A DNA stretch of 64,000 nt from a virus (Duplodnaviria > Caudoviricetes), in IMG/VR virus record IMGVR_UViG_3300050509_000221, positions 18,664 to 82,663 of that record; one strand, given 5' to 3'. A program made the translations under genes and the position numbers. Shown here piece by piece: positions 8,757 through 16,696 of this stretch; the first letter of the stretch is position 1; each line of letters starts with the position of its first letter. The notes beneath the pieces were generated by a model. The model did no database searches, was not told the DNA's origin, and saw only the letters and a list, made by a program, of their open reading frames with translations.

Positions 8757-9461
8757 CTAGTCGCCTAGACCGACAGGTGTCAACCGTTCGGCGAGTAGGG
8801 CGCGCATCTCGTCCGGTTTGCCCGACGCGTGGAGGTACCGGATCTCCAGGGCATGGTTCGTGTCGTACACCACGCCGGGGTCGGCCCGCGGGTGGTACAG
8901 GTGCCAGAGCGGAGCAACACCCCGCCAGTGGGGGCCCGCGAGGGTGTCGAGCGCATGGCCGAACGCGGCGTCTTCGCCACCCCACCCCTCGAAGCGTTCA
9001 TCGAACCCGCCGACTGTCTCCCATGCGTCGCGCGACACGACGAGGATCCCACCACCGGGGACACCGAGGTAGGGGGCACGTTGGCCGTCCTGGCGGGACA
9101 CAGGCCCGACGGCGACATGGACGCCATGCCGGTAGAGGGAGCTGGTCGTGTCGGAGTTGAGCCGGTACACCATCCGGTGCGGCACCGCCCACGATGCTCC
9201 CCGGTCGACCGCGTCGACCGCACGCTCGAGCGCGGCGGGTTCGACGAGGCAGTCGGCGTCATGAACCACGATCACACGCCCGGTCGTCGCGGTGACCGCG
9301 GCGTTCACCGCGCGGGGTTTCGACCATCCGGTGTGGGGCTCTACCGCGAAGCACGCCGGCCAGTCGGGGTGCATCGCGTGGAGGTAGCGACGGACGAACG
9401 CGGCGGCGCGAGCTCGGATGCGGGACCCGCCACGCCGGTACGGGACGATCAGGACGGGCAC
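8757..9461 (-). CDS. Glycosyltransferase, GT-A fold (GT2 / GT7C-like)
   Basis: VLIVPYR at the N-terminus, HDAD (DXD) motif, WETVGGFDERFEGWGGED motif. Confidence 0.85.
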   Translation of the reverse strand: MPVLIVPYRRGGSRIRARAAAFVRRYLHAMHPDWPACFAVEPHTGWSKPRAVNAAVTATTGRVIVVHDADCLVEPAALERAVDAVDRGASWAVPHRMVYRLNSDTTSSLYRHGVHVAVGPVSRQDGQRAPYLGVPGGGILVVSRDAWETVGGFDERFEGWGGEDAAFGHALDTLAGPHWRGVAPLWHLYHPRADPGVVYDTNHALEIRYLHASGKPDEMRALLAERLTPVGLGD

Positions 9462-10459
9462 AGCAACGCCCGGTAGCGGGGCGCCCACCGTTCCCATGAC
9501 ATCTCGTCGGCCCACGCGAGCGCACGACGCGAGAGCAGTTGTACCCGCTGAGGGTTGGTGGCGAGGTCGTCGATCGTCGCGGCGAGGACACGCGGGTCCA
9601 CGCTGTACGCGTCGAACAGGCCGCCTTTCATCCGCACCCGATCCGCCCGCGCGACAGGTACCGGCTCGACGTGCGGCCACGCAGCCTGCGGGGCGAGGTC
9701 GGACATCACGACCGGGATGCCTTGCGCGGCGGCTTCCTGCGCCGGGAGACACAACCCGCCGTATCGGCGTGGGAGGAGCATGACGTCCACGTCGTCGGGA
9801 TACGCGTCGAAGTACGCGCTGTCGGTGTGTTCGAGTTCGAGGAGCTTCACGTTCGGTGGCATGTCGCGTGGGGCACGTGCGATCTCGCCGCGGGTGCGGG
9901 CACCACGGATCACGATCTCGATGTCGGCGGTGACGTGACGGAGCGCGGCGGCGACGAGGCCCGTGCCGTTGCGGTCGGCCATCGCGGGTGACGCCGGATG
10001 GTAGAACCGGCGTGCTTCGCGCCGTTCACGCGCGGTGAACCGGTCACACGCGATGGGGACGGGCAACAACGTCGCGTGGGGGAACCGCTCGGCAAGCCAT
10101 GGTGTTGGCAGGACGACCTGGGCGCCGTGGGCTTCGCCGTCCCACATCTCCGGGTTGGCTTGGACGATCACACGGCAGCCGTGCTCGTGTGCGATGTTCA
10201 CGAAGTCGGGCGAGTAGACGGTCTCCGCGGTGAACACGACATCGAGACCATCGACGAACTTGTCGATGTGTGCCGGCTGTGGGAGGCCGGGGATCCAGGT
10301 GACGTGCTCGCCGTACCGTTCGGAGTCGCAGACACCGCGGGTGCGGTGGTCGGTGAGGACGACGAGGGTTCGGTCGGGTGTGAGGTGCCGGTAGAACTCG
10401 GCGGTCTGGACGCCAAGACCGCCCGAGTCGCATCGGGCAACGAGACCAACGTGGGTCAC
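9449..10459 (-). CDS. Glycosyltransferase, GT-B fold (GT4-like)
   Basis: GGLGVQT at the N-terminus; DVMLLPRRYGGLCLPAQEAAAQGIPVVMSD donor-binding motif. Confidence 0.85.
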   Translation of the reverse strand: MTHVGLVARCDSGGLGVQTAEFYRHLTPDRTLVVLTDHRTRGVCDSERYGEHVTWIPGLPQPAHIDKFVDGLDVVFTAETVYSPDFVNIAHEHGCRVIVQANPEMWDGEAHGAQVVLPTPWLAERFPHATLLPVPIACDRFTARERREARRFYHPASPAMADRNGTGLVAAALRHVTADIEIVIRGARTRGEIARAPRDMPPNVKLLELEHTDSAYFDAYPDDVDVMLLPRRYGGLCLPAQEAAAQGIPVVMSDLAPQAAWPHVEPVPVARADRVRMKGGLFDAYSVDPRVLAATIDDLATNPQRVQLLSRRALAWADEMSWERWAPRYRALLCPS

Positions 10460-12129
10460 GTGAACCTCATGTCGTACTTGTCGCCGTCGCCCCGCGAATC
10501 CAAGTGCGTCGAGCGTTTGATCGAACCGTCAGGCGCGTAGAGCCATAGGCGCCATTCCTCCCAGCCGGTGACGCCATGGTCACGACAGGCGTTCTCGACG
10601 ATGCCGTACACGCGGTCTTCGATCATCGACCGGGACGACTCGGGGAACACACGGTCGATGAGCTGGCGGTACCAGAGGGTGCGGGCCAGGTGGGGTCGTT
10701 GGGACCATTGCTCGGTGCGGAGCATCGGTGCGCCTGCGATGACGCGCGGTTCCCGGTCGAGCATGAGGTGACGGTGTGGTTCGAGGACGTGGGTTTCGTG
10801 GTGGAGTCGGATGACGTTCGCACGGCCGGTGTGCATCGCGGCACACAACGCCGACCAGTCGATGTCACCGACGAGGGGGGTGTCGTGCTCGACGAACAGG
10901 ACGAGTGGGGTGCGGACCTGTGTGAGTGCGTGGCGGGCGACGTTCGCCTGGTGTCCCCACGTGTCCATGAGGACGGGGACGACGTTGTGCCACCGGTGGT
11001 TCGTCAACCAGACGAGGCGACGCAGGTATTCGTCGTACGCGTCGCGGAGGTGTTCCTGTTCTGGGCGTACCCCGTCCGCGCAGACGACGATCTCGCAGTC
11101 ACCGAGCGAGGCGCGTATGGACTCGATGGTTTCTTCGATGTGCGCGGTGCTCGGATGCAACCCGGCGGGTGAGGTCGGCATGACGACGGTGATCTCGTCC
11201 GCAGGTCTGTCCATCGTGCGTGGTTCACCGCGGAGGTCCGCGAGTTGGTCGTGGAACCGGTAGGCGAGGTCGCGCTTCCACTGCTGCCACCAAGCGCCTA
11301 CCCGGTTCGCGTTCGCGGGCCAACCATCGAGGATCTCGCGCATTGTCGCCGGTGCGTGTTCCCACTCCCCCACGACCGGGAACGGTGGCGGGCCACCGAA
11401 GATGTACGTCCAGTAGTCATCCGCGCGACCGCCGGGTGTTGCACCGTCAGCGAGTGGGATGCACCCGGCTTCGAGGGCTTCGTAGAGACGGAACGTGTCG
11501 GGGGTGTGCAGCCCGGACGGGCAGGGCGCGACCTTCGCTGACGCGAGACCATGCGCGTAGTCGCCGTGTGCCCGGCCTTGCGTGAACCCTGGCGAGGGGA
11601 GCAGCAGCCCGTTCGGTTGGTCACGGAACGCGGCGGCCATGTCGTCGCGGCGTGCATGGTTGAGTTGCCCGGCGAAGTACCAGTCGAGTGGCTTGTCTGG
11701 TGCCGTGTTGGGGAGGCAGGCACGGAACCAGGGTGGGTAGCCGGACCCGAGAGGTTGCGCGCAGCCGTCCATCGCAGCAACTTGGCCGCCCATCTTCCAG
11801 ACGCGTACGCCGTCGTGGGTGACGTCACGCCACGGGAAGGCGTCTTCCTCGTCGCCGGTGAGCGCGACCAGGCACCACGCCATGCGGGTCATCTCACGCT
11901 CGAGTTCTGCGACGTGCTCGACGTTCTGGCGAGCAGCAACGACCATCACGCCACCGCGACCGTCGGGGAGGCGAGCTCCGTGCATGTTCGTGAACGAGGG
12001 CGAGCCGGGCACCCGCCACGCTGTACCAGCGAGCACGTCGGACAAGAGGCCGCGGTCCCAGTACTCGTCGTCTGCGTGGTCACCCCAGTAGAGGACGTGG
12101 GGTAGCTCAATGGCTCGTCCTACCGGCAT
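10456..12129 (-). CDS. Two-domain glycosyltransferase (exostosin/GT47-like plus GT-A domain)
   Basis: WYFAGQ...SAKVAPCPSG...TFRLYEALEAGCIP resembles exostosin; the second domain ITVVMPTS...VCADG...LFVEHD resembles GT2. Confidence 0.75.
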   Translation of the reverse strand: MPVGRAIELPHVLYWGDHADDEYWDRGLLSDVLAGTAWRVPGSPSFTNMHGARLPDGRGGVMVVAARQNVEHVAELEREMTRMAWCLVALTGDEEDAFPWRDVTHDGVRVWKMGGQVAAMDGCAQPLGSGYPPWFRACLPNTAPDKPLDWYFAGQLNHARRDDMAAAFRDQPNGLLLPSPGFTQGRAHGDYAHGLASAKVAPCPSGLHTPDTFRLYEALEAGCIPLADGATPGGRADDYWTYIFGGPPPFPVVGEWEHAPATMREILDGWPANANRVGAWWQQWKRDLAYRFHDQLADLRGEPRTMDRPADEITVVMPTSPAGLHPSTAHIEETIESIRASLGDCEIVVCADGVRPEQEHLRDAYDEYLRRLVWLTNHRWHNVVPVLMDTWGHQANVARHALTQVRTPLVLFVEHDTPLVGDIDWSALCAAMHTGRANVIRLHHETHVLEPHRHLMLDREPRVIAGAPMLRTEQWSQRPHLARTLWYRQLIDRVFPESSRSMIEDRVYGIVENACRDHGVTGWEEWRLWLYAPDGSIKRSTHLDSRGDGDKYDMRFT

Positions 12130-12995
12130 GGTGATGCGCCGTCGAGGTTGATCGCGTCTTCGCGTTCGATCGGATAGAAGAGCACGTGGTGTTCGTGGTC
12201 GTAGCCAAGATGCACCGCCCAGTACCGGTGGTCGTGCATCCAGTCGTGCAGGTCCCGCTCGTACTGGTCGTACATGTGGAACATGAACTCGGGATGCACC
12301 GAGCACCAGACGAGGGGACGCTGCTCGGTGAGTGTGTGGTCTGCGCCGCGGAGGACGTGCAGCTCGGCGCCTTCGACGTCAATGGTGATCGCGTCGGGTG
12401 GTCGACCGGTCGCGGCGGCCATCTGGTCGATGGTGATGCTGGGCACGTCGGGTCGTTCCGACAGGTTGAGAAACCCGTGGTCGCCGATGAGTGGCCCGGA
12501 CGCGCACGCAGGCCACTTGCCGTCGCGGGGAAGTACGTGCTCGGCGACGAACTCGCGCGACACCCGTTCGCCCGACCCAGCGAAACCGACCCAGGTGGCG
12601 ATCGGCGCGGCGAGAGCGTTCGCTTCCCAGATGGCACGGATGTTGGGCCACACGCGCGGGTTCGGCTCGAACAGCACCGCACCCCCTCCCCCTGTCCTCG
12701 CGCACGACTGCCACCAGCACAGCGGGCCTTGAGCCGCGCGCACATCGGTCGCGGGATACCCCCCGCAGTTGGGACAGCGGCCGGCGTCTGCGACCCATGA
12801 CGCATACAGCGCGGAGAGGTCGCCTTCTTCGGTGCCGATGTCGTAGAGCACCATGCCCGGCCGCAAGTTGGCGTGCATCGACTGGACACGCTCGACTTCC
12901 CAGCCGGTCCACTCGGGCCGCGCTGCGCGGTGCTCCGGGAGGAGCAGGTTCCAGCGGCCGTTGATCGTGGTGGGGACCATCGCTACATCAGTCAC
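12120..12995 (-). CDS. FkbM-family SAM-dependent methyltransferase
   Basis: YDIGTEEG, FEPNP and PDAITIDVEGAELHVLRGA motifs. Confidence 0.85.
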   Translation of the reverse strand: MTDVAMVPTTINGRWNLLLPEHRAARPEWTGWEVERVQSMHANLRPGMVLYDIGTEEGDLSALYASWVADAGRCPNCGGYPATDVRAAQGPLCWWQSCARTGGGGAVLFEPNPRVWPNIRAIWEANALAAPIATWVGFAGSGERVSREFVAEHVLPRDGKWPACASGPLIGDHGFLNLSERPDVPSITIDQMAAATGRPPDAITIDVEGAELHVLRGADHTLTEQRPLVWCSVHPEFMFHMYDQYERDLHDWMHDHRYWAVHLGYDHEHHVLFYPIEREDAINLDGASPCR

Positions 12996-13966
12996 GGTCG
13001 GTCTCCGAACACAGTGGCGAGGATGGTGCGGGCACGGATCGTGTACGTGTGCTCCGCACGGATCGTCGCGGCGATGCGTTGCCGGGTGCCGCCACGCGCG
13101 TACGCGTCGCCGAGCCACCCGTCGATGCAGTCACGCAACGCCGACCAGTCACCCGCGTCCCACGTGGAACCGGGGTAACCCTCCCCGAGTTGTTCGACGA
13201 GCGCGTCGACGCGCGGGTGGATGAGGAACCCGCCGCGACCCCACGTCTCCGGCACCCGATCCGACCAGTACGCACGGTCTGCACGCACGAAGCACGAGTC
13301 GCCAACGATGACCGGCACCGACGCGTAGAACCGGTTGAGGTCGCCGCCGCGGAGCGTCCCGATCGGGCCGCCGTTGCCGACATGGACGAACTGGTCGCCG
13401 TACCAGTCGGTGAGGTGTGCGACGAGCTCGCGGCGGTGCCCGTGTTCGGGGTGGTAGTTCCCGCCGAGCGCGGTGGGTGCGCTGCCGACGAATCCGACCT
13501 TGACGCCGGCCCATTTCTCGTCGGGTGTGGCGTCGTAACACTCGGGGGCGTACACGGCGGGGGGCATCCAGTGGTGGTTGATCCCGCACGTGGACCAGTC
13601 GGTGTCGTGGGCGCCGTCGGTGGAGAACAGGTGATCCATGCGGAAGAGCGGGTCGGACTTGTCGCGCACCCACCGTTCCCGTTCGGGGAGTCCCCAGAAC
13701 AAGTCAAGGTGGAACCCGACGGTTGGGATGCCCCGCTCGCGGCAACGACGTGCGAACTGTGGGGTGACCGCGGAGCGTGTCCCCCACGGGCGGGTGAGGA
13801 GGAACACGTCAGGCTGGTAGCTGTCAAGCAAGAAGAGCAGGCCGATGGGGTCGGTGTCTTGTGGTGCGACGAGCATCACGTCGTGGCCGAGGGCACGGAA
13901 CGACTCGGTGAGGTGTACCTCGGTACACCACGGGACGATGTCGTTGCCTTCGTAGAGGATCTTCAC
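12992..13966 (-). CDS. Glycosyltransferase (CgeB/YkvP-like GT-B)
   Basis: WMPPAV, VGFVGS and LNRFYASVPVIVGD...YWSDRVPETWGRGGFLI...EHTYTIR motifs. Confidence 0.8.
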   Translation of the reverse strand: MKILYEGNDIVPWCTEVHLTESFRALGHDVMLVAPQDTDPIGLLFLLDSYQPDVFLLTRPWGTRSAVTPQFARRCRERGIPTVGFHLDLFWGLPERERWVRDKSDPLFRMDHLFSTDGAHDTDWSTCGINHHWMPPAVYAPECYDATPDEKWAGVKVGFVGSAPTALGGNYHPEHGHRRELVAHLTDWYGDQFVHVGNGGPIGTLRGGDLNRFYASVPVIVGDSCFVRADRAYWSDRVPETWGRGGFLIHPRVDALVEQLGEGYPGSTWDAGDWSALRDCIDGWLGDAYARGGTRQRIAATIRAEHTYTIRARTILATVFGDRP

Positions 13967-14073
13967 TGCTCGTATCCGGCAGCGCGTGTCTCGAGTTCGG
14001 CGACGACGTTGCAGATCGCGATCGTGACGGTGAGTCCAACCGCGACGAGGAGCAGCCGTCGCCAGTGCGTCAT
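13963..14073 (-). CDS. Small membrane peptide (36 aa)
   Basis: My translation MTHWRRLLLVAVGLTVTIAICNVVAELETRAAGYEQ; overlaps both neighbours. Confidence 0.4.
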   Translation of the reverse strand: MTHWRRLLLVAVGLTVTIAICNVVAELETRAAGYEQ

Positions 14074-15422
14074 CGTGCATCCTCTCCTACCGGGGCGCGC
14101 AAGATCCGCGCGCTGAGGGCACGGTGAGCCGCGACCGGGTCGTCCAGGTGCGGCTTCGCCGCGTCAAGCAGCTCGGCGTGCGTGAGATGCGCGCCATTCA
14201 GCGCCGGGAGCGGGTAGCGGTTCGTGGATCCCGTCACGAGGTCCCCGAGACGCTGAGCCTGGTCGCCGTCGAGGGGGCCGAACTCTTCGACGAGGTCAGC
14301 GCGCCCGGGACGCACGAGCGCCGGGTCGAGCGACGCGAGGTCGTTCGTGGTCATCACGGTCACCAGCCCATGAGGGGTGGCGATCCCGTCAAGCGCGTTC
14401 AGGAGACCTGAAAGCGTGACGCCCTTGCGGTCGTCGTCGCGTGTCGTTGCCGCGTGCACGACGTCGATGTCTTCGAGGATCAGCACGGAGCGTGCGTCAA
14501 CGTTGGCGAGGAGCCCCATGAGGTGCGCGTCTGCCTCAAGGTCTGAGAGCGGGAGGAGATGCACGTCTAGGCCGAAGTGCCCAGCGAGCGCCGTTGCCAG
14601 TGACGTCTTCCCGCAGCCGGGCGGCCCGTGGAATAGCAGACCGTGATGCCATGGGATCCCGACCCGCGAGTACAGGCCCTCGGCGGCGAGGAACCCCGCG
14701 AGGTCAGCGACAATCCGCTCGCGCTGGTCGGCTGGAAGGATGACCGTGTCGAGCGACCTGAGTGGCACCTCGCGCACGCGGCGCCACTCACCCCACCGAG
14801 TCGCAATCCACATGCGTGGCCGGACCTCGCTCCCGGCGAGGCGTTCAGCGGCGAGCTGCGTGAGGAACGCAAGGACAGCGTCGCGTGACCGTTCGCCGTA
14901 GCAGGTGAACTCGACGGACTTCATGGCTCGCGACCAGGAGTCACCATGAGTGTTGACCGAGAGGGTGAGGCCTTCACCGAGGGACTTCTGGTTGATCTTC
15001 ACTGAGACACGGTGACCTGCGATGCGGACGTTCTGCGCGACGGTCCCGTCGTAGAGGGCCCGCATGTCGGGCGGGTCCGTCTGACGGGACGAGCCCTCCG
15101 GCTCTATGGGCTGATCGTCGTACGAGCTGGCGCGGCGGCGTGTACGGATGGTCAGCGCGCGCCGTGACCGCGCTGGCACTTGATCGGTGAGCCAGTCGGA
15201 GATGGCGTCGTACACCTCGTCGGCCGCTGGGACGGACACGGTGTACGTGATCCTGCCGCGGCCCTTGTCGTACGCCTTCTTGCCAACCTCATAGACGGCG
15301 AGACCGACTGTGAGCGCGCGTGCGGCGCGCAGGGTGCGCGGGCCCTTCGCGAGGGCGAGCGCAGGACGCAACCAGCCCGCCCCGGCGTTCTCGGGAACAG
15401 CGAGGCGTTCGGTCACACTCAC
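14070..15422 (-). CDS. BCS1-like AAA+ ATPase with N-terminal membrane anchor
   Basis: Walker A GPPGCGKT, Walker B LILEDID, SGLLNALDG and ALVRPGRAD arginine finger, plus YxRVGIPW. These are BCS1-type hallmarks. Confidence 0.85.
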   Translation of the reverse strand: MSVTERLAVPENAGAGWLRPALALAKGPRTLRAARALTVGLAVYEVGKKAYDKGRGRITYTVSVPAADEVYDAISDWLTDQVPARSRRALTIRTRRRASSYDDQPIEPEGSSRQTDPPDMRALYDGTVAQNVRIAGHRVSVKINQKSLGEGLTLSVNTHGDSWSRAMKSVEFTCYGERSRDAVLAFLTQLAAERLAGSEVRPRMWIATRWGEWRRVREVPLRSLDTVILPADQRERIVADLAGFLAAEGLYSRVGIPWHHGLLFHGPPGCGKTSLATALAGHFGLDVHLLPLSDLEADAHLMGLLANVDARSVLILEDIDVVHAATTRDDDRKGVTLSGLLNALDGIATPHGLVTVMTTNDLASLDPALVRPGRADLVEEFGPLDGDQAQRLGDLVTGSTNRYPLPALNGAHLTHAELLDAAKPHLDDPVAAHRALSARILRAPVGEDAR

Positions 15423-15715
15423 CGGTCGAGGGTGATGCCGTCGCGGTGTCGTTCCACGGCCGGGTCGTCGAGCACCTTGATCCGTAGTCCCGCGGCACGG
15501 ATCCACCCGAGGTTCAACGTGAGTCGCGGCTTGCCCGTCGCCACGATGCTCTCGGTGTCTGCGACGTCGTAGTCGAGGCCGCCGATGGCGATGCCGTCGT
15601 ACATGACGGTGCCGTTCGGTCGCACCTCGATCGGCCAGTCGACCTGACGTTCGATCGGCAGCCAGCCCTCGATCGGCTCGTCGATGGGCGTCGTAGGGTT
15701 GTCGTTGGTCGGCAT
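15419..15715 (-). CDS. Hypothetical protein
   Basis: RBS GAGGAGG upstream; translationally coupled to the AAA gene. Confidence 0.55.
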   Translation of the reverse strand: MPTNDNPTTPIDEPIEGWLPIERQVDWPIEVRPNGTVMYDGIAIGGLDYDVADTESIVATGKPRLTLNLGWIRAAGLRIKVLDDPAVERHRDGITLDR

Positions 15716-15747
15716 GCGTTGGGCCTCCTCGTCCCTCGGCGTGATGT

Positions 15748-16473
15748 TCAGTCCGCGGCCGCGATTGCTTCCTCGATCGCGGCGCAGTGGTCGTCGATCA
15801 GACCCCGTGCCCGTCCCGGTAGGCCGCCGAGCGCAGCGACTAGCGCGACGTCGGCGAGTCGTTCGGGGAGTTCGTCGTCGATCGCGGCGGGACCACCGTC
15901 ACCGCCGATGTACACCTCACCGGAGAGTCCCGCAGCACGGCGCATGAGCGGGAAGCCGGGGTTGTTGACGAGCTGCGCGCCGGTCATGTCCCACGCCTTC
16001 GAGTGCGGGTGGACACGCCAGTCGCCCGACAGGGCAGACGCACGCGCGACGGCGAGTTGGAGGTCGTCGACGTCGGGCCAGAGGGCACCGAGGGCGATGA
16101 TGTGCCCGTCGTGGTCCTGGTACCGGACTCGCATGATCTGGCTTGCGGTGTTGTCGTAGTGCTTCACCGCTTCGTCGAACCGGGCGGAGACCCGCGCATG
16201 GTTCACACCGCCACCGATGTTCGCGGTGTGGACGAGGTCACCTTCGGCGGTGATCGTGTCGCCCTGGTGTGCGGCGGCGTACGCCGTTGGGGAGACCGGT
16301 GGTCGCCAGCAGCCGGGTTGGCCGTCGAGGATGCACTGGTCGTGTGGCGCGATGGTCGCGGCGACACGGCCGGCTTCGTCGCCGTCGGTGACGATCGTCA
16401 GGTGTTCACCGACGGTGAACCAGTCCGGCAGTTCGTCGAACCAGGCGCGGGGCGGGTGGAGCGGGAAGAGCAC
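15748..16473 (-). CDS. Capsid maturation protease-like protein
   Basis: PPVSPTAY, HYDNT and ASALSGDWR motifs typical of cluster-B-like actinophage head protease domains. Confidence 0.65.
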   Translation of the reverse strand: MLFPLHPPRAWFDELPDWFTVGEHLTIVTDGDEAGRVAATIAPHDQCILDGQPGCWRPPVSPTAYAAAHQGDTITAEGDLVHTANIGGGVNHARVSARFDEAVKHYDNTASQIMRVRYQDHDGHIIALGALWPDVDDLQLAVARASALSGDWRVHPHSKAWDMTGAQLVNNPGFPLMRRAAGLSGEVYIGGDGGPAAIDDELPERLADVALVAALGGLPGRARGLIDDHCAAIEEAIAAAD

Positions 16474-16476
16474 CGA

Positions 16477-16671
16477 TCAGTCCGTGCCCATGCCTTGGAG
16501 GGCATCCTGGACGCCTGCTTCCTCAAGCGCGGCGAGGCGACCTTCGAGGTCAGCGACGGTTGCTTCGAGGTCGTCGATGCGGGCGTTCGGGTCGGGTGGT
16601 TCGTCGATCGGGGTGAGCGCAGCCTGACGGGCGGCGACACGGCCGGTGATCCGTTCGAGTGGGGTCTCCAT
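16477..16671 (-). CDS. Small coiled-coil protein
   Basis: IDDLEATVADLEGRLAALEE heptads. Confidence 0.5.
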   Translation of the reverse strand: METPLERITGRVAARQAALTPIDEPPDPNARIDDLEATVADLEGRLAALEEAGVQDALQGMGTD

Positions 16672-16696
16672 GCGGGGCGACGGTACGCATCGCCCC

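Noticed and set aside
8757-14080. Glycosyltransferase cluster as a host capsule/O-antigen locus
   Set aside because: It is translationally coupled into the phage head operon, with no flippase, polymerase or nucleotide-sugar synthesis genes.
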